The notes under the pieces: model-generated | Seen by the model: the letters and a program-made list of their open reading frames with translations, nothing else | The model's database searches: none | What the model was told of the DNA's origin: nothing | Shown here: one piece after another, positions 26,566 to 36,379 of the stretch | Numbering within the stretch: the first letter of the stretch is position 1 | Layout: every line of letters begins with the position of its first letter | Position numbers and translations under genes: made by a program | DNA from: Paenibacillaceae bacterium | GTDB lineage: Bacteria; Bacillota; Bacilli; Paenibacillales; JAWLCZ01 | Length of the DNA: 55,494 bases | NCBI GenBank assembly: GCA_041686835.1 | Contig: JAWLCZ010000002.1 | Coordinates: forward strand, 1-55,494 | Reading direction: 5' to 3'

Positions 26566-26694
26566 CTACAATCTGGCTTTTATCTCCGACAATGCTTTAA
26601 CTTTCCCTTTTCGGATTTTCACATACATTTTTCCGTTCGTTCCCTTCAGCAATCTGACGCCCATAATGTTGATAATCGTCGTGTAATAAGCCAT
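26566..26694 (-). CDS. Small basic protein (42 aa, MAYYTTIINIMGVRLLKGTNGKMYVKIRKGKVKALSEIKARL)
   Basis: Perfect RBS TAGGAGGTGA; upstream GCATA-N17-CATATATT (26746-26717), a sporulation-sigma-like promoter; not in the ORF track. Confidence 0.7.
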   Translation of the reverse strand: MAYYTTIINIMGVRLLKGTNGKMYVKIRKGKVKALSEIKARL

Positions 26695-26897
26695 AGGGCT
26701 TCACCTCCTAAGATCGAATATATGCTTGCCGGGCGATGTCCTATGCCGGATAATGATCGCGCCATTACAACATTTTCTCATTCCGGCAGGAAAATGATGA
26801 CATCGGAGAGAAGGAATAAAAGAACGACGGCCGTTATGCGGCATCAAGTGATACAACAGGAAACACTACAACGCGACCGAAGGAGTGGATGATAGAC

Positions 26898-27758
26898 ATG
26901 AAAAAGATGCCATGGAAGAAAACGTTGACGATGAGCGGAATCGCAGTCTTTTGTTTTGCGGCGGGGGCGTTCGCCGCGAATACGGCACAGAAAGTCGAGG
27001 CTTACCTTCGTCCCGATTTCAGCGTTGTGCTGAACGGAAGCAAGGTCAACCTCGGGCAGGCGCCGCTTGTTTACGACGGCAACGGATATTTGCCCATCAG
27101 AGCTGTGGCGAATTTGCTCGGCGTTGCGATCGATTGGGAGGAGTCGAGCAAATCGATCCTGATTTCTTTGCCCGAGTCGCCCGCTCAAAGCCCTGCGCCC
27201 AATGCCGGGAACGTGCCCGCTTCGCCGTCAACGGATCAATATACCGTGGAAACCGAAATCAAGCTGTCTTCGCTTGTTGCCTATAAAATGACGTATTTGA
27301 ACGCGGATTATCCCGTTCTCGCCAATTTTTACGACAATAACATGTATTTGCGCCTGAGCGATGTGCAGCGGATGGGGATTAGCACAACCGGGCTGACGCT
27401 TTCCAAAGAAAAGCTGACCGGAGAATATTATGTCCATGTTGAGCTGCTGAAGCCGCGCTGGAAGGAGATGCCGCTTACGAATTTGCTGAACGGTCCGGTC
27501 ATTACCGGCGAAACGAACACGGAGAAGATCAAGGCGCTGAAACAATTTGTGCCAGCGGGCTATAATCCGGAGCATGCCGGTGAACAGACGACAGTATATT
27601 CCATTCAAGCTTTGCCGGAGGAAAACACCTATTTGTATTTATGCCAGCAGTCCAACCGTGAATTTGTCGGTTATAAAGTGAAGCTTGGGCAAACCAGCAG
27701 CGGCGGATGGAATGTATACAGCGGAAGCTCGATACGCTACATCGATTCGGAGGAGTAA
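26898..27758 (+). CDS. Secreted protein with copper amine oxidase N-terminal (stalk) domain
   Basis: Signal peptide; PLVYDGNGYLPIRAVANLLGVAIDW. Confidence 0.8.
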   Translation: MKKMPWKKTLTMSGIAVFCFAAGAFAANTAQKVEAYLRPDFSVVLNGSKVNLGQAPLVYDGNGYLPIRAVANLLGVAIDWEESSKSILISLPESPAQSPAPNAGNVPASPSTDQYTVETEIKLSSLVAYKMTYLNADYPVLANFYDNNMYLRLSDVQRMGISTTGLTLSKEKLTGEYYVHVELLKPRWKEMPLTNLLNGPVITGETNTEKIKALKQFVPAGYNPEHAGEQTTVYSIQALPEENTYLYLCQQSNREFVGYKVKLGQTSSGGWNVYSGSSIRYIDSEE

Positions 27759-27772
27759 CCGCCCGCCCCGTT

Positions 27773-27802
27773 TGCCCGGGAGGCGGCTCCCGGGCATTTT
27801 TT
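27773..27802 (+). terminator. Intrinsic terminator
   Basis: TGCCCGGGAG-GCGG-CTCCCGGGCA followed by a T-run. Confidence 0.8.
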
Positions 27803-27959
27803 CGGTGGAAGATGGCGATGACAAGCTTTTTCGCGCCGCTCAAAAAATAATCAATAAACCAAGTTGCTAAATCATACAATGGAGTATAAGATATTGATAA
27901 GCAATAAGTTGTCTGAACATTCTGTCAAAAAATACGCTACATTACCGGGAGGGATTGCC

Positions 27960-28556
27960 GTGAACAAGGGTTATGAAGTAGAATACTGCAACCTTGAGTT
28001 GCGATTCGATCGCCGGCAAATCCAGAACTTCATCAAAGCACTCATCCAGGAAGGATACTCTTTGTATTGGAATGAAAACGATCAGCAGTTCATCATTTCC
28101 ATCCGGACAGGACGCAAACTGATCAAATTAAAATTCCAAAGAATCGGAGAGCGGTACAAGATTATCGGCGATTACTCGTTCAAGGACGAGAAGCTGGCGG
28201 AACTCATGGAGAAGATGATCAACGATACGCGAGGTCATGCTGTCGTCAAAAGAATTAAGGAACACCAGATTTTGATAGAAAACATCATGTTCGGCGAAAT
28301 CATTCGCATGGTCGAAATATCCGGGGTGGAACATAAAGTGCTGTTTCAAAAACAACCTCTGGTTACCATCGACGAAATGATGCAGGCGTTTAAATCGAAG
28401 AGGGCGGAAGAACGGGTATCCGTGTTAAGAATGGAGTTGGACTATGAGTTGTCGACACTGCACGAAGCCCTACAAATGGGGGATAAACAGGCGATACAAT
28501 CTTCGAAGGAGAGGCTGGCGGAGCTGCGGCATGAAATGCTGTTGCTTGAATTATAA
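27960..28556 (+). CDS. Hypothetical protein with an IDEAL-like C-terminal helix
   Basis: RBS GGGAGGG before GTG 27960; C-terminus ELDYELSTLHEALQMGD. Confidence 0.7.
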   Translation: MNKGYEVEYCNLELRFDRRQIQNFIKALIQEGYSLYWNENDQQFIISIRTGRKLIKLKFQRIGERYKIIGDYSFKDEKLAELMEKMINDTRGHAVVKRIKEHQILIENIMFGEIIRMVEISGVEHKVLFQKQPLVTIDEMMQAFKSKRAEERVSVLRMELDYELSTLHEALQMGDKQAIQSSKERLAELRHEMLLLEL

Positions 28557-28744
28557 TCGGGACGATTGACGGGGGCGCCTGTATACATACGGGAGCTCCT
28601 TTTTAAACGATGAAAAATATGGAAGATCGATGAACGGCAAGTTTCATTACGGATTCATGATTTTTGTTGGCTGGCAGGGTCTATTTGCGCGAGGGAGGCA
28701 TATATTGAAATGGCGGTTATTTTTTATCGATGGGGTGAATCGGT

Positions 28745-28924
28745 GTGAATGCTGTAATCGAAGCGAAAGAGCACACAGTAACTTACCGTGTTGGGGAGAA
28801 ACTCAATACGATTAGAGGGATACTGCAGGAACATAACGCAGCTCACGACTACTTGCGGATCAAGACAAAGAACAGTATCGAATATTTTATTCCTCTGTCT
28901 TACGTTGTCGATATCAAACCATAA
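28745..28924 (+). CDS. Small protein (59 aa), Sm/YolD-like beta-barrel pattern
   Basis: MNAVIEAKEHTVTYRVGEKLNTIRGILQEHNAAHDYLRIKTKNSIEYFIPLSYVVDIKP; RBS GGGGTGA; terminator at 28927-28952; just below the ORF-track cutoff. Confidence 0.7.
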   Translation: MNAVIEAKEHTVTYRVGEKLNTIRGILQEHNAAHDYLRIKTKNSIEYFIPLSYVVDIKP

Positions 28925-28956
28925 GGAAAGCACCCCAGCAGGTGCTTTTTTTCGCT

Positions 28957-29988
28957 TCACCGATTCCCGTCCAGAACGAGCTGCGCTTCCGCAATGTCCG
29001 GTTCAATGCTGTCCCAACGGTTCATGCAGTGATGAACAATCATTTCGAGATCATTTTCGTTTTGTTCGTCGTCCTTATTTCGGTACAAAATATTCATCAG
29101 CCAATTCGTCAAAATCGACAAATGACGCCGGTAAGCATAAAAGCGCAGCAAATCGGTATTGATAGAAACCGGCTCGCCAAACTCCCGTTCGTAATGCGGG
29201 AAGAACACAGCGAACTCTTTGCCGATGTAGTAAAACAAATCCCGTTCCGGCGGGGCAAAGACCGCCGCTTCCCAGTCTATGAAAAACAGTTCTCCGCCAT
29301 TTCGAATCAGGTTGCCTCCCCATATGTCGCCATGGCATAAAACCTGTGGTTTGCCGCTGGCGCGCACCGCCGAATGCAGGTGACGCACCAGGTCCCGCAG
29401 CCGCATCACTTCATCCTTCCGCGGCAGAACGATTTCCCTCAGAGCGCGATGATGCGCATTTCCGGCAAGCGGTAGATCTTCCAGAGCTGCGATACAGCGC
29501 ACAAGATCGCGATCGAACGAAATATCGAACGATTCCGTTTCGCATCGTTCCAGTTTGGGGGTCGAGCGGTGAATGTTTGCGACCGATTTCGCGATCGCTT
29601 GCAAAACGGATTCGGAAAAAGGATACGCGTCCGCAAGCGTATCGCCTTCAATGTAATTGAACAGAACGAGCGTCACTTGGTCCAGCGCCGTCTTGAACCG
29701 CCCGTTTACCGTTTGGATTGGATAAGTAAGGTTCGCAAAGAGCCCTTGGTGATACAAACGCCAAGTCAAAGGCAAATAAAAATCGAGCCGTTCGGCGTGT
29801 TTTCTTTGCCTGTCATTGTTCCGGTTAAGCAGTTTCAAATAATAACGCATGCCGTCCGCGCAGTTCACGATGTAAGAATAAGCCGAATCTCCCATCGGAA
29901 TGAATTCGACGTTGTCCGCACGTATTCCGTAATCGCGGATTAATTTGGCAATGAGCGCCGTTTCGTCGATGGGGTATTTTACCTTCAT
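28957..29988 (-). CDS. APH-family phosphotransferase (APH(9)-like)
   Basis: YYLKL, LCHGDIWGGN, FIDWE and PPERDL motifs. Confidence 0.85.
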   Translation of the reverse strand: MKVKYPIDETALIAKLIRDYGIRADNVEFIPMGDSAYSYIVNCADGMRYYLKLLNRNNDRQRKHAERLDFYLPLTWRLYHQGLFANLTYPIQTVNGRFKTALDQVTLVLFNYIEGDTLADAYPFSESVLQAIAKSVANIHRSTPKLERCETESFDISFDRDLVRCIAALEDLPLAGNAHHRALREIVLPRKDEVMRLRDLVRHLHSAVRASGKPQVLCHGDIWGGNLIRNGGELFFIDWEAAVFAPPERDLFYYIGKEFAVFFPHYEREFGEPVSINTDLLRFYAYRRHLSILTNWLMNILYRNKDDEQNENDLEMIVHHCMNRWDSIEPDIAEAQLVLDGNR

Positions 29989-30938
29989 TCTTTTCTCCTT
30001 TCCTGCAGCCTGTGCGGTGACAGTTTTGCCGTTTTTCTCGTCCTGACTTTGTCGGAAAACATCGGCAATTCGGCAATGATCATGCCGGCAAGAATGAACA
30101 AACAGCCTACGATCGTTTTTATGGTCATTACCGTTCCCAGAAACCAGACATCAGCCAAGGCAGCGAATACCGGTTCCGTCGCGAAAATGAGCGCCACATG
30201 GGAAGGAACGGTAAACTTTTGAAATTCGGTCTGCGCCACGAACGAAAGAACCGTTGCAGGTATGGCCGTAATAAGCAGCGCCCAAAAAACCGAAGGCTGG
30301 AGCAGGACGCTTGTGTCGTACGCCAGCGCCCCATCCGGTTCGATCCAGGGGGAAAGCGCCGCGCTGAGCACGGCGACGGTCGATAATTGGACGAATGACA
30401 AAGAGAGCGTCGGGTAATGAGGCGCGTATTTTCCCGTATACACGATTTGCATTCCGAAACAAAGCGCGCACAAAAGAACATAGAAGTCGCCGATATTGAT
30501 GTTCGTCATATCGCCGACAGTCAGCGTGTATAAACCGAACAAAGCGGAAACAGCGCCGAATATTGCGCCCCATCCGGGCTTTTCCCGCAGAATAAAATAA
30601 GCGAACAGCGGTACGAGCGCCACCGACAGTCCGGTAATAAACCCGGCCTTTCCCGAAGTCGTGTACTGCAGACCGACGGTTTGAAACGCGTATCCTCCGA
30701 ACAGCCAAATTCCTAGTACGATACCGCTGCCCATCATATTTCGGCTTATTTTTCCCGTTTGCTTGCGGTAGAACAGCAGGATGACGATAAGCAAACAGAA
30801 TGAAGCGATGGTGAAACGGACAGCGTTAAACGCCAAGGGAGGCAGTTGTTTGATCGCTTCCTGGACAACGACAAACGTGACGCCCCATGTAAAGGCGACC
30901 AGCAACAGCATCAGGTCGGCCACCCCTCTTTTTCTCAT
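29985..30938 (-). CDS. DMT/EamA family transporter
   Basis: WGVTF, AVRF, FQTVGLQYT, EPVFA; about 10 TM helices. Confidence 0.9.
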   Translation of the reverse strand: MRKRGVADLMLLLVAFTWGVTFVVVQEAIKQLPPLAFNAVRFTIASFCLLIVILLFYRKQTGKISRNMMGSGIVLGIWLFGGYAFQTVGLQYTTSGKAGFITGLSVALVPLFAYFILREKPGWGAIFGAVSALFGLYTLTVGDMTNINIGDFYVLLCALCFGMQIVYTGKYAPHYPTLSLSFVQLSTVAVLSAALSPWIEPDGALAYDTSVLLQPSVFWALLITAIPATVLSFVAQTEFQKFTVPSHVALIFATEPVFAALADVWFLGTVMTIKTIVGCLFILAGMIIAELPMFSDKVRTRKTAKLSPHRLQERRKE

Positions 30939-31124
30939 CCGTATCCCCCCGGCGTAAAACTTATCTCTATTATAGCGATTTTTTGCCCGATTCGATATCG
31001 TTAGCCGCGCTGAGAAAGCCGGGTTTCATAAATTGTCACAAAAATTCGGGGGATGCCGATTTGCAGAGCGGAGCGAATTGGTACAAAATGAAATAAACCG
31101 AATCACGAAAGGAACATCGCATCC

Positions 31125-31928
31125 ATGCCATTCGACCATGCAGCGGACAAGGCTTGTATACTGTCCAGAGAATCGCTGCCCGATCCGGAGCCGGGCATCT
31201 CGTTATCCTTCATGACATACAGCAGCCAAGGGCTCGCTGTAAATGGATATTTGGCCGTGCCGAAAGGCGAACCGCCGTATCCGGGTCTCGTATACTGCCG
31301 CGGCGGAATCGGAAAAGTCGGCATGGTGAAGATCGAACGAATCGTCCCCATCGCGAAGAGAGGTTTTGCGGTATTCGCCCCGTTTTACCGCGGATACGGC
31401 AACCGGCAAGGAAGGGACGAGTTCGGCGGGGAAGACCGGTTCGATGTTTATAACGCCATCGCGGTCATGCAGTCTTTGCCCGAAGTAAGGAGCGGCGCCA
31501 TTCCGCTCATCGGTTTTTCCCGCGGAGCGGTGATGGCGCTGCTTGCGGCCAAAGAGTGCGAAGCGGCGGGTCCCGTCGTCGTATGGGGCGGGGTCAGCGA
31601 TCTTTTCCTGACCTACGAAGAACGGGTAGACTTGCGCCGCATGCTCAAGAGGGTGGTGGGCCATCCGCAAAAACAGGCGGAGAAATACCGCAGCAGATCG
31701 GCCGTATACTGGGCCGGCGACATACGGACGCCCGTTCTTATCGTACACGGCACGAACGACGTTCAAGTTAGCGTGGAGCACGCCACTCGTCTGGCCAACG
31801 CGCTCAAAACAGCCGGGAAGCCATACGAGCTTAGGCTGTATGAAGGGCTCGGACATCATTTTCCGAATGAAGCCAATGAGCAGGCGCTGGATTACATTCA
31901 CCAGTGGATCCGGGAAAACATGACTTAA
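31125..31928 (+). CDS. S9/prolyl oligopeptidase-like alpha/beta hydrolase (YtmA-like)
   Basis: CRGGIGKVG, GFSRG nucleophile elbow, YEERVDLRRMLKRVVG, HGTND, GHHF. Confidence 0.85.
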   Translation: MPFDHAADKACILSRESLPDPEPGISLSFMTYSSQGLAVNGYLAVPKGEPPYPGLVYCRGGIGKVGMVKIERIVPIAKRGFAVFAPFYRGYGNRQGRDEFGGEDRFDVYNAIAVMQSLPEVRSGAIPLIGFSRGAVMALLAAKECEAAGPVVVWGGVSDLFLTYEERVDLRRMLKRVVGHPQKQAEKYRSRSAVYWAGDIRTPVLIVHGTNDVQVSVEHATRLANALKTAGKPYELRLYEGLGHHFPNEANEQALDYIHQWIRENMT

Positions 31929-31983
31929 AAGGCCGCACGATGGTGCGGAAGCGCACAATCAGTTCGGACAGGAGAGATGCAGG

Positions 31984-32787
31984 ATGTCCTACCGTACGCT
32001 AAAGCTGTTGACGATTCTTCTTCCTCCGCTTGTCATCGGAGGATTCGAATACATCCGCCACGAATTTTTGCTCGAGCAGTTTTCGATGGAAGCCGGCAAT
32101 TTGTATATCACAATTCTTACGCTGGTCGTCTCGTACTTGTTTTCCACATGGATGTTCCGCACGATCGAACGCACCAATCAGCGTCTTTCGGAAGAACAGT
32201 CGAGACGCGCCGTATATGAAGAGCGGGAAAGGATCGCCCGCGAGCTGCACGATAACATCGCGCAAATCTTATTTTTCCTGAACGTCAATTTAAAAAAAGG
32301 AAACCTGGACGAAGCGAAATCGGCCGTTTCCGAAATCGACAACCATCTGCGGCAGGCGATATTCAACCTGCGTTCACTGCCGTCGGAAGGGGCGGCCTTT
32401 AAAGCCCGCTTGCAAAAATGGCTGCGCGAATGGGGGGAAATTACGGGGATTGAAGTGACGGAGCGGCTCGATCTCCCGGATCATTATTTTACGACGGGGG
32501 AGGAAGTCCAGCTTTTTGCCATTATTCAGGAGGCGTTTACGAATATCCGAAAACATTCGCTGGCCCACCGGGCGCAAATCGATTTTTCGGCGATACCCGG
32601 CGGAGGTTGGGAATTGACGATTCGGGACGACGGCTGCGGCATCGCGGATCGCGGAATGCAAACGAATAAGTACGGGCTGTCGATGATGCGCAAGCGGGCG
32701 CACGAGCTCGGGGCGTCGTTCGCTATCGGGCAGGCTGAGCAGGGCGGCACGGAGCTCCGCTTGTCCGCGGAAAGGAGGAAACGATGA
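31984..32787 (+). CDS. HisKA_3 sensor histidine kinase with two TM helices and a minimal loop
   Basis: ERERIARELHD, QEAFTNIRKHS, DDGCG and YGLSMMRKR motifs. Confidence 0.92.
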   Translation: MSYRTLKLLTILLPPLVIGGFEYIRHEFLLEQFSMEAGNLYITILTLVVSYLFSTWMFRTIERTNQRLSEEQSRRAVYEERERIARELHDNIAQILFFLNVNLKKGNLDEAKSAVSEIDNHLRQAIFNLRSLPSEGAAFKARLQKWLREWGEITGIEVTERLDLPDHYFTTGEEVQLFAIIQEAFTNIRKHSLAHRAQIDFSAIPGGGWELTIRDDGCGIADRGMQTNKYGLSMMRKRAHELGASFAIGQAEQGGTELRLSAERRKR

Positions 32788-33452
32788 CGATGAACCGGTA
32801 TCGTGTCATTATTGCCGACGATCATCCGTTGGCGCGCAGAGCGATCAGGGGGCTATTGTCGGAGGATGACTTTTGCGACGTCGTAGGCGAAGCGGCGGAC
32901 GGGGCGGAAGCCGTTCGGCTGTGCGGCGAACTGCAGCCGGATCTTGTGCTGATGGACATTAACATGCCGGAATTGAGCGGCCTCGAAGCGACGCGCAGAA
33001 TCAAACAGCGGTACCCGCACATCAAAGTGGTCATGCTGACGGTGTCCGATGATGTGGCCGATTTGTTCACCGCGATACAGTTCGGAGCGCAAGGGTATTT
33101 GCTGAAAAATATGGAACCGGACGATTGGATGGCGTATCTGCGCGCCCTGCTCGACGATAATTCCGAAGTGTCGCGTCAAATGGCGGATCGGTTGTTTCAT
33201 CGTTTCCGTACCGGCAAATCGGCGGACGAACCGGACAGCAGCGTGCTGACTTCGCGGGAAATGGAAATTGTCAAATATGTCGCCGCGGGCGAAACGAACC
33301 GGCAAATCGGCGATCGGCTCGTCATTACGGAAAATACGGTGAAAAACCATATTAAAAATATTTTGGACAAGCTTTCGCTGGAAAACAGGGTACAGTTAAC
33401 CGCATATGCGATCCGTCATGGATTGACACACAATGGACACCATAAAGAGTGA
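32784..33452 (+). CDS. NarL/LuxR-family response regulator
   Basis: ADDH, LMDINMP, GYLLK, LTSREMEI...TVKNHIKNI. Confidence 0.94.
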   Translation: MTMNRYRVIIADDHPLARRAIRGLLSEDDFCDVVGEAADGAEAVRLCGELQPDLVLMDINMPELSGLEATRRIKQRYPHIKVVMLTVSDDVADLFTAIQFGAQGYLLKNMEPDDWMAYLRALLDDNSEVSRQMADRLFHRFRTGKSADEPDSSVLTSREMEIVKYVAAGETNRQIGDRLVITENTVKNHIKNILDKLSLENRVQLTAYAIRHGLTHNGHHKE

Positions 33453-33590
33453 AAAATAGCCCGGTAGAGTCATTTTCAATAAAGACCGGTTCCGGTATGT
33501 TGTTAATGGAGCCTCGGCGCAGCGCTGTGCCGTTGTTGATGTATGCCGGCAAAGAAGATGGACCGACTCATTGACGAAAGGATGGAAAAT

Positions 33591-34229
33591 ATGAAAAAAT
33601 GGATGTTGACATGCACCGCAAGCATGTTATGCATGCTGCTGTTTGCCGGAATGGCATGCGCTCATGTCACCGTATACCCGAAAGAAACGACGCAGGGCGC
33701 TTATGAAAAATTCACCGTCCGCGTACCGACCGAAAAAGACGTCCCGACCGTTAAAGTGGAAGTCAAAATTCCGGATGACGCGGAAATCAGCAGAGTCGAG
33801 CCGAAGCCCGGCTGGAAATACGAATTTGTGAAAGACTCGACCGGTAAAATTACAAGCGTCATATGGACGGCGACGGACGCGGGGCTCGGCCCGACCGAGT
33901 TCGGAGAGTTCAATATGCAGGGGAAAGTCGGCGATAAAGCGTCATCGCTCGCATGGAAAGCCCACCAGACTTATAAAGACGGAACCGTTGTCGATTGGGT
34001 CGGATCGGAAGGCTCGGAACACCCGGCTTCGGTAACCAAAGTGAAAGAAAAGGCGGCAGGAGACGCATCTCACAGCGATGAACACGGGAAGGCCGCATCC
34101 GGTAACGAAGCAGCCGGGGGAGCCGAAGCCGATAACGGTTCGTCCAATGTGCCGTTGTATCTTTCCATAGCCGCGCTGGCGTTAGGCTTATTTTCCCTTA
34201 TGGTATCTTTAAGGAGAAGAGTTGGATGA
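33591..34229 (+). CDS. ycnI: YcnI-family (DUF1775) copper-binding membrane protein
   Basis: Signal peptide ending A-HVTV (mature N-terminal His), VRVPTE, QTYKDG..VDW, C-terminal TM helix. Confidence 0.85.
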   Translation: MKKWMLTCTASMLCMLLFAGMACAHVTVYPKETTQGAYEKFTVRVPTEKDVPTVKVEVKIPDDAEISRVEPKPGWKYEFVKDSTGKITSVIWTATDAGLGPTEFGEFNMQGKVGDKASSLAWKAHQTYKDGTVVDWVGSEGSEHPASVTKVKEKAAGDASHSDEHGKAASGNEAAGGAEADNGSSNVPLYLSIAALALGLFSLMVSLRRRVG

Positions 34230-34711
34230 ATGTAAAACGGGCCGGTTCGGCCGCAATCCTCATCATCTTCCTGCTTGCTGCGGCTGCGTGCTCAAGTGAG
34301 CAGGAAGCCGCTCATAACCGGCATGTCGCCGAAAACGGGGACCTGCAGGAAAGAACGGCTTCGCTATCGGAACTGCCGACATTTCTGAACGGACAAGACG
34401 AACGGATCCGGCTGGTTTACCGGTTAGCCGGCGACAACTACGATTTGCTTCGCCGGATTCCGTGTTACTGCGGCTGCGGCCGCAGCGCCGGGCATCAAAG
34501 CAACGCGAATTGCTTCATCAAAGAAGCCGGCGAGGACGGATCGATCGTTTGGGACGATCACGGCACCCGCTGCAACTTTTGTCTTCTCATTGCGGCCGAA
34601 TCCGCAAAATTGAAGCGGCAGGGGAAATCCGATAAAGAAATTCGCGACTATATCGATGAAAAATATAAAGAAGGCTTCGCCGAACCGACTCCGACGCCGA
34701 TGCCGTCGTAA
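34226..34711 (+). CDS. PCYCGC motif-containing lipoprotein
   Basis: Lipobox AAAC; IPCYCGC, GHQSNANCF and WDDHGTRCNFC motifs. Confidence 0.9.
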   Translation: MNVKRAGSAAILIIFLLAAAACSSEQEAAHNRHVAENGDLQERTASLSELPTFLNGQDERIRLVYRLAGDNYDLLRRIPCYCGCGRSAGHQSNANCFIKEAGEDGSIVWDDHGTRCNFCLLIAAESAKLKRQGKSDKEIRDYIDEKYKEGFAEPTPTPMPS

Positions 34712-34744
34712 ACGACGGGTCATGCAGTCGGTGCTGCACGATTT

Positions 34745-34767
34745 TAAAGCCCCTTTCGGGGCTTTTA
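34745..34767. terminator. Bidirectional terminator
   Basis: AAAGCCCC-TTTC-GGGGCTTT between convergent genes. Confidence 0.8.
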
Positions 34768-34795
34768 TTGCTTTGAGGGGGCTGGGGATCCGTCG

Positions 34796-36148
34796 TCAAA
34801 AGATCGTTCCGTACAACAAGTATACATTAAGACCGGCAATGATGACGGCTACGACCCAAGCCAGGAAGCTGAGCCATTTCGGGGACACGAACGGTCCCAT
34901 TTTCCGTTTATCGCTTGTAAACATGACGAGCGGAATGACGGCGAAAGACAATTGCAGCGAAAGAATGACCTGGCTTAAAATCAACAAATCGCCGGTTCCT
35001 TTTTCACCGTAAACGGCAATCACGATGACGGCGGGAATGATTGCGATCAGCCGGGTGATTAACCTTCTGAGCCAAGGTTTCAGCCTTATATTTAAAAACC
35101 CTTCCATCACAATTTGCCCGGCAAGCGTACCTGTTAGCGTAGAGTTTTGTCCCGAGGCCAGCAAAGCCACCCCGAAAAGCACACTAGCAAGTCCGGTGCC
35201 GAGGAGCGGTGTCAATAATTTATAAGCTTCCTGAATTTCCGCTACTTCGGTATGCCCAGTGGAATGGAACGCGGCAGCGGACAAAATCAGTATCGCCGCG
35301 TTGACGAATAAAGCCAGCATCAGAGCGATCGTCGAATCGATCGTCGCGAATTTAATGGCGGCCCGCTTGCCTTCTGCAGATTCTTCATAACGTCTCGTTT
35401 GAACGATGGAAGAATGCAGGTACAGATTATGAGGCATAACGGTTGCGCCAAGTATCCCCAGAGCGATATACAGCATCTCGGGATTTTTTACAATCTCGGC
35501 ACTAGGGACAAATCCCCCGAAGATCCCGGCGACGTCGGGCTTGGAAAGAAACAGTTCAATCCCAAAGCAGGCCATAATCGTGGCAATCAGCGAAATCACA
35601 ATCGCTTCAATATAACGAAACCCTTTGTTTTGCAGCAACAGGACGAGCATGACATCCAATGATGTGATCAGAACGCCGGCCAATAGCGGCAAACCGAAAA
35701 GGAGCTGAAGGGCGATAGCGGACCCGATGACTTCCGCCAGGTCGCAAGCGGCAATGGCCAATTCGCACAACACCCACAATAAGAAGTTCACCGGTTTGCT
35801 GAAGTGGTCTCTGCAGGCCTGAGCGAGATCCCTGCCTGTCGCAATGCCTAACCGTGCGGTTAACGATTGCAGCAAAATAGCCATCAGGTTCGAAATGAGA
35901 ATGACCGAAAGCAGCGAGTAATTGAACATCGCTCCGCCGGCCAGATCGGTCGCCCAGTTTCCGGGGTCCATATAACCGACAGCGACTAAATAGCCCGGTC
36001 CTACGAAAGCGAGCAGCTTGCGCAGAAAACTTCCTTTATTCGGCACGGATAGCGATTTGTAAACTTCCGGCAAGCTTGGGACGTCTCTTTCTTTCCTCCA
36101 GTATGAATTTGAATTCGATTCTGCCGATCGTTTCGTAGCGATTTCCAT
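34796..36148 (-). CDS. mntH: Nramp-family Mn2+ transporter
   Basis: [35 protein letters not shown]; ATG at 36148. Confidence 0.95.
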   Translation of the reverse strand: MEIATKRSAESNSNSYWRKERDVPSLPEVYKSLSVPNKGSFLRKLLAFVGPGYLVAVGYMDPGNWATDLAGGAMFNYSLLSVILISNLMAILLQSLTARLGIATGRDLAQACRDHFSKPVNFLLWVLCELAIAACDLAEVIGSAIALQLLFGLPLLAGVLITSLDVMLVLLLQNKGFRYIEAIVISLIATIMACFGIELFLSKPDVAGIFGGFVPSAEIVKNPEMLYIALGILGATVMPHNLYLHSSIVQTRRYEESAEGKRAAIKFATIDSTIALMLALFVNAAILILSAAAFHSTGHTEVAEIQEAYKLLTPLLGTGLASVLFGVALLASGQNSTLTGTLAGQIVMEGFLNIRLKPWLRRLITRLIAIIPAVIVIAVYGEKGTGDLLILSQVILSLQLSFAVIPLVMFTSDKRKMGPFVSPKWLSFLAWVVAVIIAGLNVYLLYGTIF

Positions 36149-36175
36149 AGCCGAACCTTCTTTCCTTGCATCAAT

Positions 36176-36295
36176 TAATTTGCCTCTAGGAAACTTTTGC
36201 TGTAAAAAAGAGATGTGCACGATGCACATGAATCCTATTCTTATCTTATAACAAAAGAATTGCATGCACAACAAAAAATTTGCCTGGGGAAAAAC
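36176..36295. promoter_or_regulatory. Two MntR-like boxes upstream of mntH
   Basis: TAATTTGCCTCTAGGAAACTT (36176-36196) and AAATTTGCCTGGGGAAAAAC (36276-36295) resemble the B. subtilis mntH MntR site. Confidence 0.7.
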
Positions 36296-36333
36296 CGGGC
36301 GATCCTGACGCGGATATTTGCCTTCTAAAACGG

Positions 36334-36347
36334 TGTTAACGTGTGCA
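36334..36347. promoter_or_regulatory. ExuR/LacI-type operator
   Basis: TGTTAACGTGTGCA versus the ExuR palindrome TGTTAACGTTAACA. Confidence 0.55.
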
Positions 36348-36379
36348 GCGATATGATATGATGATTTCGAGGTGGTCAG

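Noticed and set aside
28724-28950. Riboswitch or ncRNA in the intergenic gap
   Set aside because: Better explained by a 59-aa ORF with RBS and terminator; no riboswitch consensus recognised
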